Assembly: GCF_044324875.1 (NCBI RefSeq)
Contig: NZ_CP172185.1
Length of the DNA stretch: 64,000 nucleotides
Strand: one strand, 5' to 3'
Source of the DNA: Escherichia coli
GTDB taxonomy: Bacteria; Pseudomonadota; Gammaproteobacteria; Enterobacterales; Enterobacteriaceae
A program made the translations under genes and the position numbers. Under the pieces are notes generated by a model. It was not told the origin of the DNA, did no database searches, and saw only the letters and a list, made by a program, of their open reading frames with translations. Positions 24,593-39,297 of this stretch are shown one piece after another; positions within the stretch are counted from its first letter, which is position 1, and each line of letters opens with the position of its first letter.

Positions 24593-25462
24593 TTACCGCT
24601 TTCTCGAGTGTGCTTTCTGGTTGTCAAACCAGTGGAAATAACTGATCACGCCTTCGGCAATCGCTGTGGCGATTTTCTGGCGAAACGCCGCAGTGCCTAA
24701 CAGCCGCTCTTCTTCTGGGTTGGTGATAAACGAGGTTTCCACCAGCACCGAAGGAACCGACGGCGATTTCAACACCACAAACGCGGCTTGTTCGGTGTTG
24801 CGGCTGTGCAGTTTATGCACCGGCTTAATCTTTTTCAGAATATGCGAGCCGAGCGTCAGGCTGTTTTTAATAGTATCGGTTTGCACCAGATCAAACAGCA
24901 CTTGCTGCAATAGGTGATCCTTGTCAGTCGCCTTTTTACCGGCAACTTCATCGGCGCGGTTTTCGCGTTCAGACAGGTATTTCGCCATTGCGCTACTTGC
25001 CCCACGGTTAGAGAGGGCAAATACCGAAGCACCGGCAGCTTTCGGGTTGGTAAAGCCGTCGGCATGAATTGACATAAACAGATCTGCGCCATGTTTATGG
25101 GCGATTTCAACGCGATCGTATAGTGGGATAAACGTATCGCCAGAACGCGTTAAACGCGCATCAATGCCATGATTACGCAAAATGGAACGGACGTTTTTAG
25201 CAATCGCCAGCACCACATGTTTTTCTTTCGAACCGTTGCGCCCGATCGCTCCGGTATCAATCCCGCCGTGGCCTGGATCGAGAACAACGACACGTTTGCC
25301 GCCAGATTTTTTGGCTTTCGGCTTGCTGTGTCCGTTGCTGGTTTTTAAAGGTTCGTCTTTGGCGATGGCTTGCGACATTCCTGACAACGTCAGGGCAGCC
25401 AAACCGGCTTTCAGCACCTGGCGGCGCGAAGTGAGTGTTTTTAGTGGTTTAAAAGTGCTCAT
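24593..25462 (-). CDS. amiA: N-acetylmuramoyl-L-alanine amidase AmiA
   Basis: 289 aa with Tat-like signal peptide and amidase_3 domain; directly upstream of hemF on the same strand. Confidence 0.93.
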   Translation of the reverse strand: MSTFKPLKTLTSRRQVLKAGLAALTLSGMSQAIAKDEPLKTSNGHSKPKAKKSGGKRVVVLDPGHGGIDTGAIGRNGSKEKHVVLAIAKNVRSILRNHGIDARLTRSGDTFIPLYDRVEIAHKHGADLFMSIHADGFTNPKAAGASVFALSNRGASSAMAKYLSERENRADEVAGKKATDKDHLLQQVLFDLVQTDTIKNSLTLGSHILKKIKPVHKLHSRNTEQAAFVVLKSPSVPSVLVETSFITNPEEERLLGTAAFRQKIATAIAEGVISYFHWFDNQKAHSRKR

Positions 25463-25675
25463 ACGGCCTGAGTTGTAATAATAAAGTTCCAGATGTTATA
25501 TCGTATCGCGTAATCCGTTACGACCGTTTGCTGTTGAGAATTGTTTTACTTTTCATTTCAATAGTTGACAACTCCCCATTATGCCACTTTTTCAACCGAT
25601 TTTCGTCAGATATTGGCTAATTCGACCGTTCACGCCATAATCAGCCTTTTAACCCGCAAAAAGGTAACGAATACC

Positions 25676-26101
25676 ATGGAGATACGCGTATTTCGCCAGG
25701 AAGATTTCGAAGAGGTCATCACCCTTTGGGAGCGTTGCGACTTGCTGCGTCCGTGGAACGATCCGGAAATGGACATCGAGCGTAAGATGAACCATGACGT
25801 CAGTTTGTTTCTGGTCGCTGAGGTAAACGGTGAAGTGGTCGGAACGGTGATGGGCGGTTATGACGGGCATCGCGGGTCTGCTTATTATCTTGGCGTGCAT
25901 CCAGAGTTTCGTGGGCGTGGGATTGCTAATGCGTTGCTTAATCGGTTGGAGAAAAAGCTGATTGCTCGCGGCTGCCCGAAAATTCAGATCAACGTGCCGG
26001 AAGATAACGACATGGTGCTCGGAATGTATGAACGCCTGGGATATGAACACGCCGACGTGCTGAGTCTGGGTAAGCGTTTGATTGAAGATGAAGAGTACTG
26101 A
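25676..26101 (+). CDS. ypeA: GNAT-family acetyltransferase
   Basis: 141 aa from [14 protein letters not shown]; ATG at 25676 in frame inside track ORF 25565..26101. Confidence 0.88.
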
Positions 26102-26537
26102 GTTTCATCCTGTCCATTATGATGCACACGGTCGCCTGCGTTTACCCTTGCTCTTCTGGCTTGTGCTATTGCTTCAGGCGCGAACCTGGGTGCTGTTTGT
26201 CATTGCCGGTGCGTCGCGCGAGCAGGGTACTGCGCTGCTAAATCTGTTTTATCCCGATCACGATAATTTCTGGCTGGGGTTGATTCTCGGCATTCCGGCG
26301 GTGCTGGCGTTTTTGCTGAGTGGTCGGCGGGCTTCATTTCCCCGTATCTGGCATGTGCTCTATTTTCTGTTGCTGTTGGCGCAGGTGGTTTTACTTTGCT
26401 GGCAACCGTGGCTGTGGCTGAACGGTGAATCCGTTAGCGGTATCGGGCTGGCGCTGGTAGTGGCGGATATTGTGGCGTTAATCTGGCTGCTGACCAATCG
26501 ACGTTTACGCGCTTGTTTTAATGAAGAAAAAGAATAA
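26088..26537 (+). CDS. yfeZ: inner-membrane protein YfeZ
   Basis: About 149 aa hydrophobic protein; start uncertain between 26082 and 26088; overlaps the ypeA 3' end. Confidence 0.8.
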
Positions 26538-26597
26538 CGGCACTTTTTGGTGAATTTGCACTCCAAGCAACGTTATTGAATAACCAAAGGAAGTGAC

Positions 26598-27173
26598 ATG
26601 AAATCGCTGCGTTTAATGTTATGCGCTATGCCGTTGATGCTGACCGGCTGTTCCACGATGTCGTCAGTTAACTGGTCTGCCGCTAACCCGTGGAACTGGT
26701 TTGGGTCGTCCACCAAAGTGAGCGAGCAGGGCGTTGGTGAATTAACGGCGTCCACACCACTGCAAGAACAAGCCATTGCTGATGCGCTTGATGGCGATTA
26801 TCGCCTGCGCAGCGGAATGAAAACCGCGAACGGCAACGTGGTGCGCTTTTTTGAAGTGATGAAAGGCGACAACGTGGCGATGGTGATTAACGGTGATCAA
26901 GGCACGATCAGCCGCATTGATGTGCTGGATAGCGATATTCCTGCTGACACCGGTGTTAAAATCGGTACACCGTTTAGCGACCTTTACAGCAAAGCATTTG
27001 GCAATTGCCAAAAAGCTGATGGTGATGATAATCGTGCCGTCGAATGTAAAGCCGAAGGCAGTCAACATATTAGCTACCAGTTCAGCGGGGAATGGAGTGG
27101 TCCTGAAGGGTTAATGCCTTCGGACGATACCCTGAAAAACTGGAAAGTCAGTAAAATTATCTGGCGGCGTTAA
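26598..27173 (+). CDS. yfeY: lipoprotein YfeY
   Basis: 191 aa; signal peptide with lipobox LTGC. Confidence 0.88.
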   Translation: MKSLRLMLCAMPLMLTGCSTMSSVNWSAANPWNWFGSSTKVSEQGVGELTASTPLQEQAIADALDGDYRLRSGMKTANGNVVRFFEVMKGDNVAMVINGDQGTISRIDVLDSDIPADTGVKIGTPFSDLYSKAFGNCQKADGDDNRAVECKAEGSQHISYQFSGEWSGPEGLMPSDDTLKNWKVSKIIWRR

Positions 27174-27184
27174 TTTGCGTCTGA

Positions 27185-28168
<984 letters not shown>

Positions 28169-28225
28169 TCGTTTCTGATTCGATGATTAAAGGCCAGCCA
28201 GTATCACAACTGACTGGCCTTTTTA

Positions 28226-29527
28226 TTACTGCTTTAACGCCGCATACACCTGATCAACCACCCAACCATAAGTTGCAATCGGCAACTGACCGCTTTCGAA
28301 CATATTGGGATTCTTTTGTGGATCGGCAACTGGCGAATGTGGCTTGTTGCTTAACATCACAATCGCCATATGATTCACCGGATCGATAACGGTCACCGTC
28401 CCGGTCCAGCCAGTGTGACCGTAGGTTTGCGGGCTTGCCAGCGTGCCAAACGTCGGCGTCATGGTGGCATTACCATTCACGCGCCAGCCAAGGCCAAAAG
28501 TGGCATCTTCCTTAGAGCTGGTGGTGAACATCTTCACCGTTTCTGCATTGAACAGCTGCACATCGCCATAGCCGCCGCCGTTCAGCATCGTTTGCATTAA
28601 CACCGCAATATCGCCGGTATTGGAAAACAAACCTGCGTGCCCGGAAACGCCGCCCATCGAATAAAAGGCTTTTTCATCGTGCACCTGACCCCAGAGAGTG
28701 GAGGTGCGGATATTCGGGAAATGGATCACGCCATCGCGGGTATTGCCGTTGAGTTCCGTGGCGGCAATTTGTTGCGGTTTAAAGCCTTTCAGCAGCGGAT
28801 TAAATACCGTGTGCGTCAGGCCGAGCGGGCGATAAATCGACTCTTCAACATAGCGGTCAAGTGGCTGACCGGTAACCGACTCGACGATAAATCCAAGCAG
28901 CATATAATCGACATCGCTGTAGATATGCTTGCTGCCGGGCTGATACTCCAGCGGCGTGCGCTTGATCATCTCCAGCGTCTGGCCTTTATCCTGGGAATAT
29001 AACGCGCCCGCGACCGCTTTATTCGGGTATTGCGGATCTGCCGGGAAACCGCCGCTGTGATGCAGCAGGTCAGAAATCCGCAGCGTGTTTTTGCCTTTGA
29101 TGGTGTCATTTGGACTATCGGCAAATCCCGGAATATATTTCGCAATCCGATCGTCAGGATGCAGCTTGCCTTCGCTCATCAGCTTTTGCAGCGCGAAGTT
29201 AGTGGCGTACATCTTGGTGTTTGAGGCCAGATCATACAGCGTCCCGGTGGTGGCTTTTACAGGCTGCGCCATTAACGCGCTGCCATCGTACTTTTTCGCC
29301 GCGCCCCAGGCTTTGCGATAAACAATCTGATTATCTTTTATAATCAGCAGGTTTACTCCCGGATAACCGGCATCCACCTGCTGGCTTATCCAGCGATCCA
29401 TCTGGTTAAGCCGTTCGACGTTAAACCCTGCTTTCTCTGGCGAACTTTCTGTCAGAACAGGGTATTTTGCGGCGCTGACGCTACAGCTAATAGCCAGCAG
29501 AGAAAGATAGAGCATTGTCCGTTTCAT
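28226..29527 (-). CDS. yfeW: penicillin-binding protein 4B (beta-lactamase family)
   Basis: 433 aa with signal peptide; recognised as YfeW. Confidence 0.9.
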   Translation of the reverse strand: MKRTMLYLSLLAISCSVSAAKYPVLTESSPEKAGFNVERLNQMDRWISQQVDAGYPGVNLLIIKDNQIVYRKAWGAAKKYDGSALMAQPVKATTGTLYDLASNTKMYATNFALQKLMSEGKLHPDDRIAKYIPGFADSPNDTIKGKNTLRISDLLHHSGGFPADPQYPNKAVAGALYSQDKGQTLEMIKRTPLEYQPGSKHIYSDVDYMLLGFIVESVTGQPLDRYVEESIYRPLGLTHTVFNPLLKGFKPQQIAATELNGNTRDGVIHFPNIRTSTLWGQVHDEKAFYSMGGVSGHAGLFSNTGDIAVLMQTMLNGGGYGDVQLFNAETVKMFTTSSKEDATFGLGWRVNGNATMTPTFGTLASPQTYGHTGWTGTVTVIDPVNHMAIVMLSNKPHSPVADPQKNPNMFESGQLPIATYGWVVDQVYAALKQ

Positions 29528-29529
29528 AA

Positions 29530-30954
<1,425 letters not shown>

Positions 30955-30957
30955 GGG

Positions 30958-31854
30958 TTATTCCTTTTCCAGAGCTTTGCGAATAAAGCCGCCGTGTTGA
31001 TCCAGGCGTTTTTTAGCTTCTGCGGCATCGAGATTTTTCAGCACCATCACAATGGCCGTTTTACAGTTGCGCTCGCAGGCAACCAATGCCGCTTCCGCTT
31101 GCTCTGCGCTACATCCGGTAGCGTTTTTGACGATATTGACCTGGCGCACATGCAGTTTTTCGTTGGTGGCGACCACATCGACCATCAGGTTGCCGAACAC
31201 TTTGCCGGATTTAATCATCAGCCCGGTGGAAAGCATATTGAGCACCAGTTTCTGCGCCGTGCCTGCTTTCATTCGCGAAGAACCGGTGACTACTTCGGCA
31301 CCTACAATCGGTGTAATGGCAAACTCTGCGGTGGTTGAAACGGCGCTCCCCGGATTACAGGAAATTCCCACTGTGCGGCAGCCGAGCTGGCGCGCGTATT
31401 CCAGTCCGGCAATCACATACGGCGTGCGTCCGCTGGCCGCAATCCCAACCACCACATCCTGTGCCGTTAAATTAATATTTTTTAGATCGTTAACACCACC
31501 TTCCCGGCTATCTTCCGCGCCTTCCACCGCGTGCTGAATGGCATATTCGCCGCCAGCAATCAAACCAACTACCAGGCCCGGTTTCACGCCGTAGGTCGGC
31601 GGACATTCACTGGCATCAAGAATACCCAGACGACCAGAGGTCCCCGCACCGATGTAAATCAGACGGCCGCCGCCGCTCACCTGGGCGTGAATAACATCGA
31701 TCGCCGCTGCAATATCCGGCAGTACGCGCTCAACGGCGAGTGGTACGGTTTTATCTTCATCGTTGATAATCCGGCACATTTCCAGCGTCGAAACGCGGTC
31801 AATTTCAGCCGAGGCGGCATTCGAGCCTTCGGTAATCATCTTTTCAAGTTGCAT
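30958..31854 (-). CDS. murQ: N-acetylmuramic acid 6-phosphate etherase
   Basis: 298 aa SIS-domain protein; operon with murP. Confidence 0.93.
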   Translation of the reverse strand: MQLEKMITEGSNAASAEIDRVSTLEMCRIINDEDKTVPLAVERVLPDIAAAIDVIHAQVSGGGRLIYIGAGTSGRLGILDASECPPTYGVKPGLVVGLIAGGEYAIQHAVEGAEDSREGGVNDLKNINLTAQDVVVGIAASGRTPYVIAGLEYARQLGCRTVGISCNPGSAVSTTAEFAITPIVGAEVVTGSSRMKAGTAQKLVLNMLSTGLMIKSGKVFGNLMVDVVATNEKLHVRQVNIVKNATGCSAEQAEAALVACERNCKTAIVMVLKNLDAAEAKKRLDQHGGFIRKALEKE

Positions 31855-32017
31855 CGGTGGTGACCTTACTATTTACGATCAAATAATTGCAGATGTATGG
31901 AATCATATATCCCGAATTGACAGACTTAAAGGAATCATTGAGTCTACACTCGCAGAGTGTGAAGAGCGTCATAAGAACTTAAGCGGAATTTTTGCTGCCA
32001 GCCCAGGAGAGTGGAAG
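31855..32017. promoter_or_regulatory. divergent murQ / murR promoter region
   Basis: 163 bp AT-rich region between divergently oriented murQ and murR; operator positions not resolved. Confidence 0.5.
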
Positions 32018-32875
32018 ATGTTGTACCTGACGAAAATACGCAATGCGGAAAGTGAATTTACCGAGAACGAGCAAAAAATTGCTGACTTTCTGCGGGCCAA
32101 CGTGAGTGAGCTGAAATCCGTCTCTTCGCGCAAGATGGCGAAACAGCTCGGCATCAGCCAGTCGAGTATTGTGAAGTTTGCCCAGAAGCTCGGCGCGCAA
32201 GGATTTACTGAATTGCGTATGGCGTTAATTGGCGAATACAGTGCCAGCCGGGAGAAAACGAATGCCACGGCGCTGCACCTGCACAGTTCGATTACCAGTG
32301 ATGATTCGCTGGAAGTGATTGCCCGCAAATTGAATCGCGAAAAAGAGCTGGCGCTGGAGCAAACCTGCGCGTTGTTCGACTACGCGCGGCTGCAAAAAAT
32401 CATTGAGGCCATCAGTAAAGCACCGTTTATCCAGATAACGGGCCTGGGCGGGTCGGCGCTGGTGGGGCGCGATCTGTCGTTCAAACTGATGAAAATTGGT
32501 TATCGCGTGGCCTGCGAAGCCGACACGCACGTACAAGCCACCGTTTCCCAGGCGTTGAAAAAAGGCGATGTACAAATCGCTATCTCTTATAGCGGCAGTA
32601 AAAAAGAGATTGTCTTGTGCGCAGAAGCGGCACGAAAGCAGGGGGCAACGGTGATTGCCATTACTTCTCTGGCTGACTCTCCGCTGCGGCGGCTGGCGCA
32701 TTTCACGCTCGATACCGTTTCCGGTGAAACCGAATGGCGTAGCTCGTCGATGTCTACCCGCACGGCGCAAAATTCTGTTACCGATTTACTGTTTGTTGGT
32801 CTTGTGCAATTCAATGATGTGGAGTCATTGAAAATGATTCAGCGCAGCAGTGAGCTAACGCAACGCCTGAAATGA
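32018..32875 (+). CDS. murR: RpiR-family repressor MurR (HTH + SIS)
   Basis: Protein from [14 protein letters not shown] recognised as MurR (285 aa); ATG at 32018 preceded by aggaga; track ORF extends upstream. Confidence 0.92.
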   Translation: MLYLTKIRNAESEFTENEQKIADFLRANVSELKSVSSRKMAKQLGISQSSIVKFAQKLGAQGFTELRMALIGEYSASREKTNATALHLHSSITSDDSLEVIARKLNREKELALEQTCALFDYARLQKIIEAISKAPFIQITGLGGSALVGRDLSFKLMKIGYRVACEADTHVQATVSQALKKGDVQIAISYSGSKKEIVLCAEAARKQGATVIAITSLADSPLRRLAHFTLDTVSGETEWRSSSMSTRTAQNSVTDLLFVGLVQFNDVESLKMIQRSSELTQRLK

Positions 32876-33003
32876 TGCATAAAGCAGCGACTGGATTGAG
32901 ATTTTCCTGAATTAGTGAGCTGATCCGCAGCAATATTTTGTTTATCCTGTATTTTCAGAGGGAATGGAGTGTAACGCTCTGTATTAACAAGGAGAGCATT
33001 AAA

Positions 33004-33795
33004 ATGGGTAAACTCACGGGCAAGACAGCACTGATTACGGGCGCATTGCAGGGAATTGGCGAAGGAATTGCCAGAACTTTTGCGCGTCATGGCGCAAACC
33101 TAATCTTGCTGGATATCTCCCCTGAGATCGAAAAGCTGGCGGACGAACTGTGTGGTCGTGGTCATCGCTGTACGGCGGTTGTCGCCGATGTGCGTGACCC
33201 GGCGTCGGTCGCCGCAGCTATCAAGCGCGCGAAGGAAAAAGAAGGGCGCATTGATATCCTGGTGAATAACGCAGGCGTTTGTCGTCTGGGCAGTTTCCTC
33301 GATATGAGCGATGAAGATCGCGATTTCCATATTGATATCAATATTAAAGGTGTATGGAACGTCACGAAGGCGGTGCTGCCGGAGATGATTGCCCGCAAAG
33401 ATGGTCGCATTGTGATGATGTCTTCAGTCACTGGCGATATGGTGGCCGATCCGGGTGAAACGGCGTATGCCTTAACGAAAGCGGCGATTGTTGGCCTGAC
33501 TAAATCGCTGGCGGTGGAGTACGCGCAGTCTGGTATTCGCGTTAACGCCATCTGCCCGGGATACGTTCGCACGCCAATGGCGGAAAGCATTGCCCGCCAG
33601 TCGAACCCGGAAGATCCAGAATCGGTGCTGACTGAAATGGCAAAAGCAATCCCGATGCGTCGCCTCGCCGATCCGCTGGAAGTCGGCGAACTGGCAGCCT
33701 TCCTCGCATCGGATGAATCAAGTTATTTAACCGGTACACAGAATGTGATTGATGGCGGCAGCACACTGCCGGAGACGGTTAGCGTCGGCATCTGA
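33004..33795 (+). CDS. ucpA: short-chain dehydrogenase/reductase UcpA
   Basis: Protein from MGKLTGKTALITGALQGIGEGIA recognised as UcpA (263 aa); SDR glycine-rich motif. Confidence 0.92.
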   Translation: MGKLTGKTALITGALQGIGEGIARTFARHGANLILLDISPEIEKLADELCGRGHRCTAVVADVRDPASVAAAIKRAKEKEGRIDILVNNAGVCRLGSFLDMSDEDRDFHIDINIKGVWNVTKAVLPEMIARKDGRIVMMSSVTGDMVADPGETAYALTKAAIVGLTKSLAVEYAQSGIRVNAICPGYVRTPMAESIARQSNPEDPESVLTEMAKAIPMRRLADPLEVGELAAFLASDESSYLTGTQNVIDGGSTLPETVSVGI

Positions 33796-33965
33796 TTCAC
33801 CTCTGTTTCCTCCCTGCATTTGTGGGGAGGATTTCGTCTTGAACCCGGTTCTTATTCCCTTTTCAACTTCCAAATCACCAAACGGTATATAAAACCGTTA
33901 CTCCTTTCACGTCCGTTATAAATATGATGGCTATTAGAAAGTCATTAAATTTATAAGGGTGCGCA
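33796..33965 (+). promoter_or_regulatory. cysP promoter region, presumed CysB-dependent
   Basis: 170 bp non-coding region upstream of cysP; exact sites not assigned. Confidence 0.45.
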
Positions 33966-34982
33966 ATGGCCGTTAACTTACTGAAAAAGAACTCACTCGC
34001 GCTGGTCGCTTCTCTGCTGCTGGCGGGCCATGTACAGGCAACGGAACTGCTGAACAGTTCTTATGACGTCTCTCGCGAGCTGTTTGCCGCCCTGAATCCG
34101 CCGTTTGAGCAACAATGGGCAAAAGATAACGGCGGCGACAAACTGACGATAAAACAATCTCATGCCGGGTCATCAAAACAGGCGCTGGCGATTTTGCAGG
34201 GCTTAAAAGCAGACGTTGTCACTTATAACCAGGTGACCGACGTACAAATCCTGCATGACAAAGGCAAGCTGATCCCGGCCGACTGGCAGTCGCGCCTGCC
34301 GAATAATAGCTCGCCGTTCTACTCCACCATGGGCTTCCTGGTGCGTAAGGGCAACCCGAAGAATATCCACGACTGGAACGACCTCGTGCGCTCCGACGTG
34401 AAGCTGATTTTCCCGAACCCGAAAACGTCGGGTAACGCGCGTTATACCTATCTGGCGGCATGGGGCGCAGCGGATAAAGCTGACGGTGGCGACAAAGCCA
34501 AAACCGAACAGTTTATGACCCAGTTCCTGAAAAACGTTGAAGTGTTCGATACTGGCGGTCGTGGCGCGACCACCACTTTTGCCGAGCGCGGCCTGGGCGA
34601 TGTGCTGATCAGCTTCGAGTCGGAAGTGAACAACATCCGCAAACAGTATGAAGCGCAGGGCTTTGAAGTGGTGATTCCGAAAACCAACATTCTGGCGGAA
34701 TTCCCGGTGGCATGGGTCGATAAAAACGTGCAGGCCAACGGTACGGAAAAAGCAGCAAAAGCCTACCTGAACTGGCTCTACAGCCCGCAGGCGCAAACCA
34801 TCATCACCGACTATTACTACCGCGTAAATAACCCGGAAGTCATGGACAAACTGAAAGACAAATTTCCGCAGACCGAACTGTTCCGCGTGGAAGACAAATT
34901 TGGCTCCTGGCCGGAAGTGATGAAAACCCATTTCACCAGCGGTGGCGAGTTAGACAAGCTGTTAGCGGCGGGGCGTAATTAA
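33966..34982 (+). CDS. cysP: thiosulfate-binding periplasmic protein
   Basis: 338 aa with signal peptide; recognised as CysP. Confidence 0.95.
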   Translation: MAVNLLKKNSLALVASLLLAGHVQATELLNSSYDVSRELFAALNPPFEQQWAKDNGGDKLTIKQSHAGSSKQALAILQGLKADVVTYNQVTDVQILHDKGKLIPADWQSRLPNNSSPFYSTMGFLVRKGNPKNIHDWNDLVRSDVKLIFPNPKTSGNARYTYLAAWGAADKADGGDKAKTEQFMTQFLKNVEVFDTGGRGATTTFAERGLGDVLISFESEVNNIRKQYEAQGFEVVIPKTNILAEFPVAWVDKNVQANGTEKAAKAYLNWLYSPQAQTIITDYYYRVNNPEVMDKLKDKFPQTELFRVEDKFGSWPEVMKTHFTSGGELDKLLAAGRN

Positions 34983-35815
34983 TGTTTGCAGTTTCATCAA
35001 GACGCGTGCTGCCGGGCTTTACCTTAAGCCTCGGCACCAGTCTGCTGTTTGTGTGCCTGATTTTGCTGCTGCCGCTCTCCGCGCTGGTGATGCAGCTAGC
35101 TCAGATGAGCTGGGCGCAGTACTGGGAGGTGATCACCAACCCGCAGGTGGTCGCGGCCTACAAAGTGACGCTGCTGTCAGCGTTTGTGGCATCAATTTTT
35201 AACGGCGTTTTCGGTTTGCTGATGGCGTGGATCTTAACCCGCTATCGCTTTCCGGGCCGCACGCTGCTTGATGCGCTGATGGATTTACCCTTTGCGCTGC
35301 CAACGGCAGTCGCCGGTTTGACGCTGGCCTCGCTCTTTTCCGTGAACGGTTTTTACGGTGAATGGCTGGCGAAGTTTGATATCAAAGTTACCTATACCTG
35401 GCTGGGGATTGCGGTGGCGATGGCTTTTACCAGTATTCCGTTTGTGGTGCGTACCGTGCAGCCGGTGCTGGAAGAGTTAGGCCCGGAATATGAAGAAGCG
35501 GCAGAAACGCTCGGCGCAACGCGCTGGCAGAGTTTCTGCAAAGTGGTGCTGCCGGAGCTTTCTCCGGCGCTGGTGGCGGGCGTGGCGCTGTCGTTTACCC
35601 GCAGCCTCGGTGAGTTTGGCGCGGTAATTTTTATCGCCGGGAACATTGCCTGGAAGACGGAAGTGACGTCGCTGATGATTTTTGTTCGCTTACAGGAGTT
35701 TGATTACCCGGCGGCGAGCGCGATTGCTTCGGTGATCCTCGCGGCATCCCTGCTGCTGCTGTTCTCAATTAACACTCTGCAAAGTCGCTTTGGTCGGCGT
35801 GTGGTAGGTCATTAA
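34982..35815 (+). CDS. cysU: sulfate/thiosulfate ABC transporter permease
   Basis: 277 aa membrane protein; start overlaps the cysP stop. Confidence 0.95.
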   Translation: MFAVSSRRVLPGFTLSLGTSLLFVCLILLLPLSALVMQLAQMSWAQYWEVITNPQVVAAYKVTLLSAFVASIFNGVFGLLMAWILTRYRFPGRTLLDALMDLPFALPTAVAGLTLASLFSVNGFYGEWLAKFDIKVTYTWLGIAVAMAFTSIPFVVRTVQPVLEELGPEYEEAAETLGATRWQSFCKVVLPELSPALVAGVALSFTRSLGEFGAVIFIAGNIAWKTEVTSLMIFVRLQEFDYPAASAIASVILAASLLLLFSINTLQSRFGRRVVGH

Positions 35816-36690
35816 TGGCGGAAGTGACACAGTTGAAGCGTTATGACGCGCGCCCGATTAACTGGGGCAAATGGTTTCTGATTGGCATCGGGATGCTGGT
35901 TTCGGCGTTCATCCTGCTGGTGCCGATGATTTACATCTTCGTGCAGGCGTTCAGCAAAGGGCTGATGCCAGTTTTACAGAATCTGGCCGATCCAGACATG
36001 CTGCACGCCATCTGGCTGACGGTGATGATTGCGCTGATTGCCGTACCGGTGAACCTGGTGTTCGGCATTCTGCTGGCCTGGCTGGTGACGCGCTTTAACT
36101 TCCCCGGACGCCAGTTGCTGCTGACGCTGCTGGACATTCCGTTTGCCGTGTCGCCGGTGGTTGCCGGTCTGGTGTATTTGCTATTTTACGGCTCTAACGG
36201 CCCGCTCGGTGGCTGGCTGGATGAACATAATCTGCAAATTATGTTCTCCTGGCCGGGAATGGTGCTGGTCACCATCTTCGTGACGTGTCCGTTTGTGGTG
36301 CGTGAGCTGGTGCCGGTGATGTTAAGCCAGGGCAGCCAGGAAGACGAAGCGGCAATTTTGCTTGGCGCGTCTGGCTGGCAGATGTTTCGCCGCGTCACGC
36401 TGCCGAACATCCGCTGGGCGCTGCTTTATGGCGTGGTGCTGACCAACGCCCGCGCGATTGGCGAGTTTGGTGCGGTGTCGGTGGTTTCCGGCTCGATTCG
36501 CGGCGAAACACTTTCGCTGCCGTTACAGATTGAATTGCTGGAGCAGGACTACAACACCGTCGGCTCCTTTACCGCCGCTGCGCTGTTGACGCTGATGGCG
36601 ATTATCACCCTGTTTTTAAAGAGTATGTTGCAGTGGCGTCTGGAGAATCAGGAAAAACGCGCGCAGCAGGAGGAACATCATGAGCATTGA
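35815..36690 (+). CDS. cysW: sulfate/thiosulfate ABC transporter permease
   Basis: 291 aa membrane protein; start overlaps the cysU stop. Confidence 0.95.
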   Translation: MAEVTQLKRYDARPINWGKWFLIGIGMLVSAFILLVPMIYIFVQAFSKGLMPVLQNLADPDMLHAIWLTVMIALIAVPVNLVFGILLAWLVTRFNFPGRQLLLTLLDIPFAVSPVVAGLVYLLFYGSNGPLGGWLDEHNLQIMFSWPGMVLVTIFVTCPFVVRELVPVMLSQGSQEDEAAILLGASGWQMFRRVTLPNIRWALLYGVVLTNARAIGEFGAVSVVSGSIRGETLSLPLQIELLEQDYNTVGSFTAAALLTLMAIITLFLKSMLQWRLENQEKRAQQEEHHEH

Positions 36691-37777
36691 GATTGCCAAT
36701 ATTAAGAAGTCTTTTGGTCGCACCCAGGTGCTGAACGATATCTCACTGGATATTCCTTCTGGTCAGATGGTCGCATTGCTGGGGCCGTCCGGTTCCGGGA
36801 AAACCACGCTGCTGCGCATTATCGCCGGGCTGGAGCATCAAACCAGCGGGCATATTCGCTTCCACGGCACCGACGTCAGCCGCCTGCATGCGCGCGATCG
36901 TAAAGTTGGTTTCGTGTTCCAGCACTATGCGCTGTTCCGCCATATGACGGTGTTCGACAATATCGCTTTCGGCCTGACGGTGCTGCCGCGTCGCGAGCGC
37001 CCGAATGCCGCAGCCATCAAAGCGAAAGTGACAAAATTGCTGGAGATGGTGCAGCTTGCGCATCTGGCGGATCGTTATCCGGCACAGCTTTCCGGCGGGC
37101 AGAAACAGCGCGTGGCGCTGGCGCGTGCGCTCGCTGTGGAACCGCAAATTCTGCTGCTTGATGAACCGTTTGGCGCGCTGGATGCGCAGGTGCGTAAAGA
37201 GCTGCGTCGCTGGCTGCGTCAGTTACATGAAGAGCTGAAATTCACCAGCGTGTTTGTGACCCATGACCAGGAAGAAGCGACCGAAGTAGCCGATCGTGTA
37301 GTGGTGATGAGCCAGGGCAATATCGAGCAGGCTGATGCACCGGACCAGGTATGGCGCGAACCAGCGACCCGTTTTGTACTCGAATTTATGGGCGAAGTGA
37401 ACCGCCTGCAGGGAACCATTCGCGGCGGGCAGTTCCATGTTGGCGCACATCGCTGGCCGCTGGGCTATACACCTGCGTATCAGGGGCCGGTGGATCTCTT
37501 CCTTCGTCCGTGGGAAGTGGATATCAGCCGCCGTACCAGCCTCGATTCGCCGCTGCCGGTACAGGTACTGGAAGCCAGCCCGAAAGGCCACTACACCCAA
37601 TTAGTTGTGCAGCCGCTGGGGTGGTACAACGAACCGCTGACGGTTGTGATGCATGGCGACGATGCCCCGCAGCGTGGCGAGCGTTTATTCGTTGGTCTGC
37701 AACATGCGCGGCTGTATAACGGCGACGAGCGTATTGAAACCCGCGATGAGGAACTTGCTCTCGCACAAAGCGCCTGA
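36680..37777 (+). CDS. cysA: sulfate/thiosulfate ABC transporter ATP-binding protein
   Basis: 365 aa; Walker [10 protein letters not shown] and ABC signature LSGGQ. Confidence 0.95.
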   Translation: MSIEIANIKKSFGRTQVLNDISLDIPSGQMVALLGPSGSGKTTLLRIIAGLEHQTSGHIRFHGTDVSRLHARDRKVGFVFQHYALFRHMTVFDNIAFGLTVLPRRERPNAAAIKAKVTKLLEMVQLAHLADRYPAQLSGGQKQRVALARALAVEPQILLLDEPFGALDAQVRKELRRWLRQLHEELKFTSVFVTHDQEEATEVADRVVVMSQGNIEQADAPDQVWREPATRFVLEFMGEVNRLQGTIRGGQFHVGAHRWPLGYTPAYQGPVDLFLRPWEVDISRRTSLDSPLPVQVLEASPKGHYTQLVVQPLGWYNEPLTVVMHGDDAPQRGERLFVGLQHARLYNGDERIETRDEELALAQSA

Positions 37778-37851
37778 TAGGTTGAGTGAATGTTAAACGC
37801 CCGGAGGCGCTTCCCGCGATCCGGGCTTTTTAATGGCAAGGTTTGTAACCT

Positions 37852-37887
37852 GTAGGCCTGATAAGACGCGCAAGCGTCGCATCAGGC
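37852..37887. repeat. REP (repetitive extragenic palindromic) element
   Basis: gtaggcctgataagacgcgcaagcgtcgcatcaggc matches the classic REP palindrome. Confidence 0.8.
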
Positions 37888-37910
37888 AACACCACGTATG
37901 GACAGAGATC

Positions 37911-38822
37911 GTGAGTACATTAGAACAAACAATTGGCAATACGCCTCTGGTGAAGTTGCAGCGAATGGGGCCGAATAACGGCAGTGAAGTCTGGTTGAAA
38001 CTGGAAGGCAATAACCCGGCAGGTTCGGTAAAAGATCGTGCGGCACTTTCGATGATCGTCGAGGCGGAAAAGCGCGGGGAAATTAAACCGGGTGACGTGC
38101 TGATCGAAGCCACCAGTGGTAACACCGGCATTGCGCTGGCAATGATTGCCGCGCTTAAAGGCTATCGCATGAAATTGCTGATGCCCGACAACATGAGCCA
38201 GGAACGTCGTGCGGCGATGCTGGCATACGGTGCGGAACTGATTCTTGTCACCAAAGAGCAGGGCATGGAAGGTGCGCGCGATCTGGCGCTGGAGATGGCG
38301 AATCGTGGTGAAGGAAAGCTGCTCGATCAGTTCAATAATCCCGATAACCCTTACGCCCATTACACCACCACCGGGCCGGAAATCTGGCAGCAAACCGGCG
38401 GGCGCATTACCCATTTTGTCTCCAGCATGGGAACAACCGGCACTATCACCGGCGTTTCACGCTTTATGCGCGAGCAATCCAAACCGGTGACGATTGTCGG
38501 CTTACAGCCGGAAGAGGGCAGTAGCATTCCCGGCATTCGCCGCTGGCCTGCGGAATATCTGCCGGGGATTTTCAACGCTTCGCTGGTGGATGAGGTGCTG
38601 GATATTCATCAGCGAGAAGCGGAAAACACCATGCGCGAACTGGCAGTGCGGGAAGGAATATTCTGTGGCGTCAGCTCCGGCGGCGCGGTTGCTGGAGCAC
38701 TGCGGGTGGCAAAAGCTAACCCTGGTGCGGTGGTGGTAGCGATCATCTGCGATCGTGGCGATCGCTACCTTTCCACCGGGGTGTTTGGGGAAGAGCATTT
38801 TAGTCAGGGGGCGGGGATTTAA
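37911..38822 (+). CDS. cysM: cysteine synthase B
   Basis: Protein from (V)STLEQTIGNTPLVKLQRMGP recognised as CysM (303 aa); GTG start at 37911. Confidence 0.93.
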   Translation: MSTLEQTIGNTPLVKLQRMGPNNGSEVWLKLEGNNPAGSVKDRAALSMIVEAEKRGEIKPGDVLIEATSGNTGIALAMIAALKGYRMKLLMPDNMSQERRAAMLAYGAELILVTKEQGMEGARDLALEMANRGEGKLLDQFNNPDNPYAHYTTTGPEIWQQTGGRITHFVSSMGTTGTITGVSRFMREQSKPVTIVGLQPEEGSSIPGIRRWPAEYLPGIFNASLVDEVLDIHQREAENTMRELAVREGIFCGVSSGGAVAGALRVAKANPGAVVVAIICDRGDRYLSTGVFGEEHFSQGAGI

Positions 38823-38824
38823 GA

Positions 38825-39256
<432 letters not shown>

Positions 39257-39297
39257 CTGGAATACGATGAGGATCATCGGCAAGGAGAAAAAATTAA

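Noticed and set aside
34203-34931. 242-aa ORF on the minus strand
   Set aside because: Antisense within cysP; shadow ORF.
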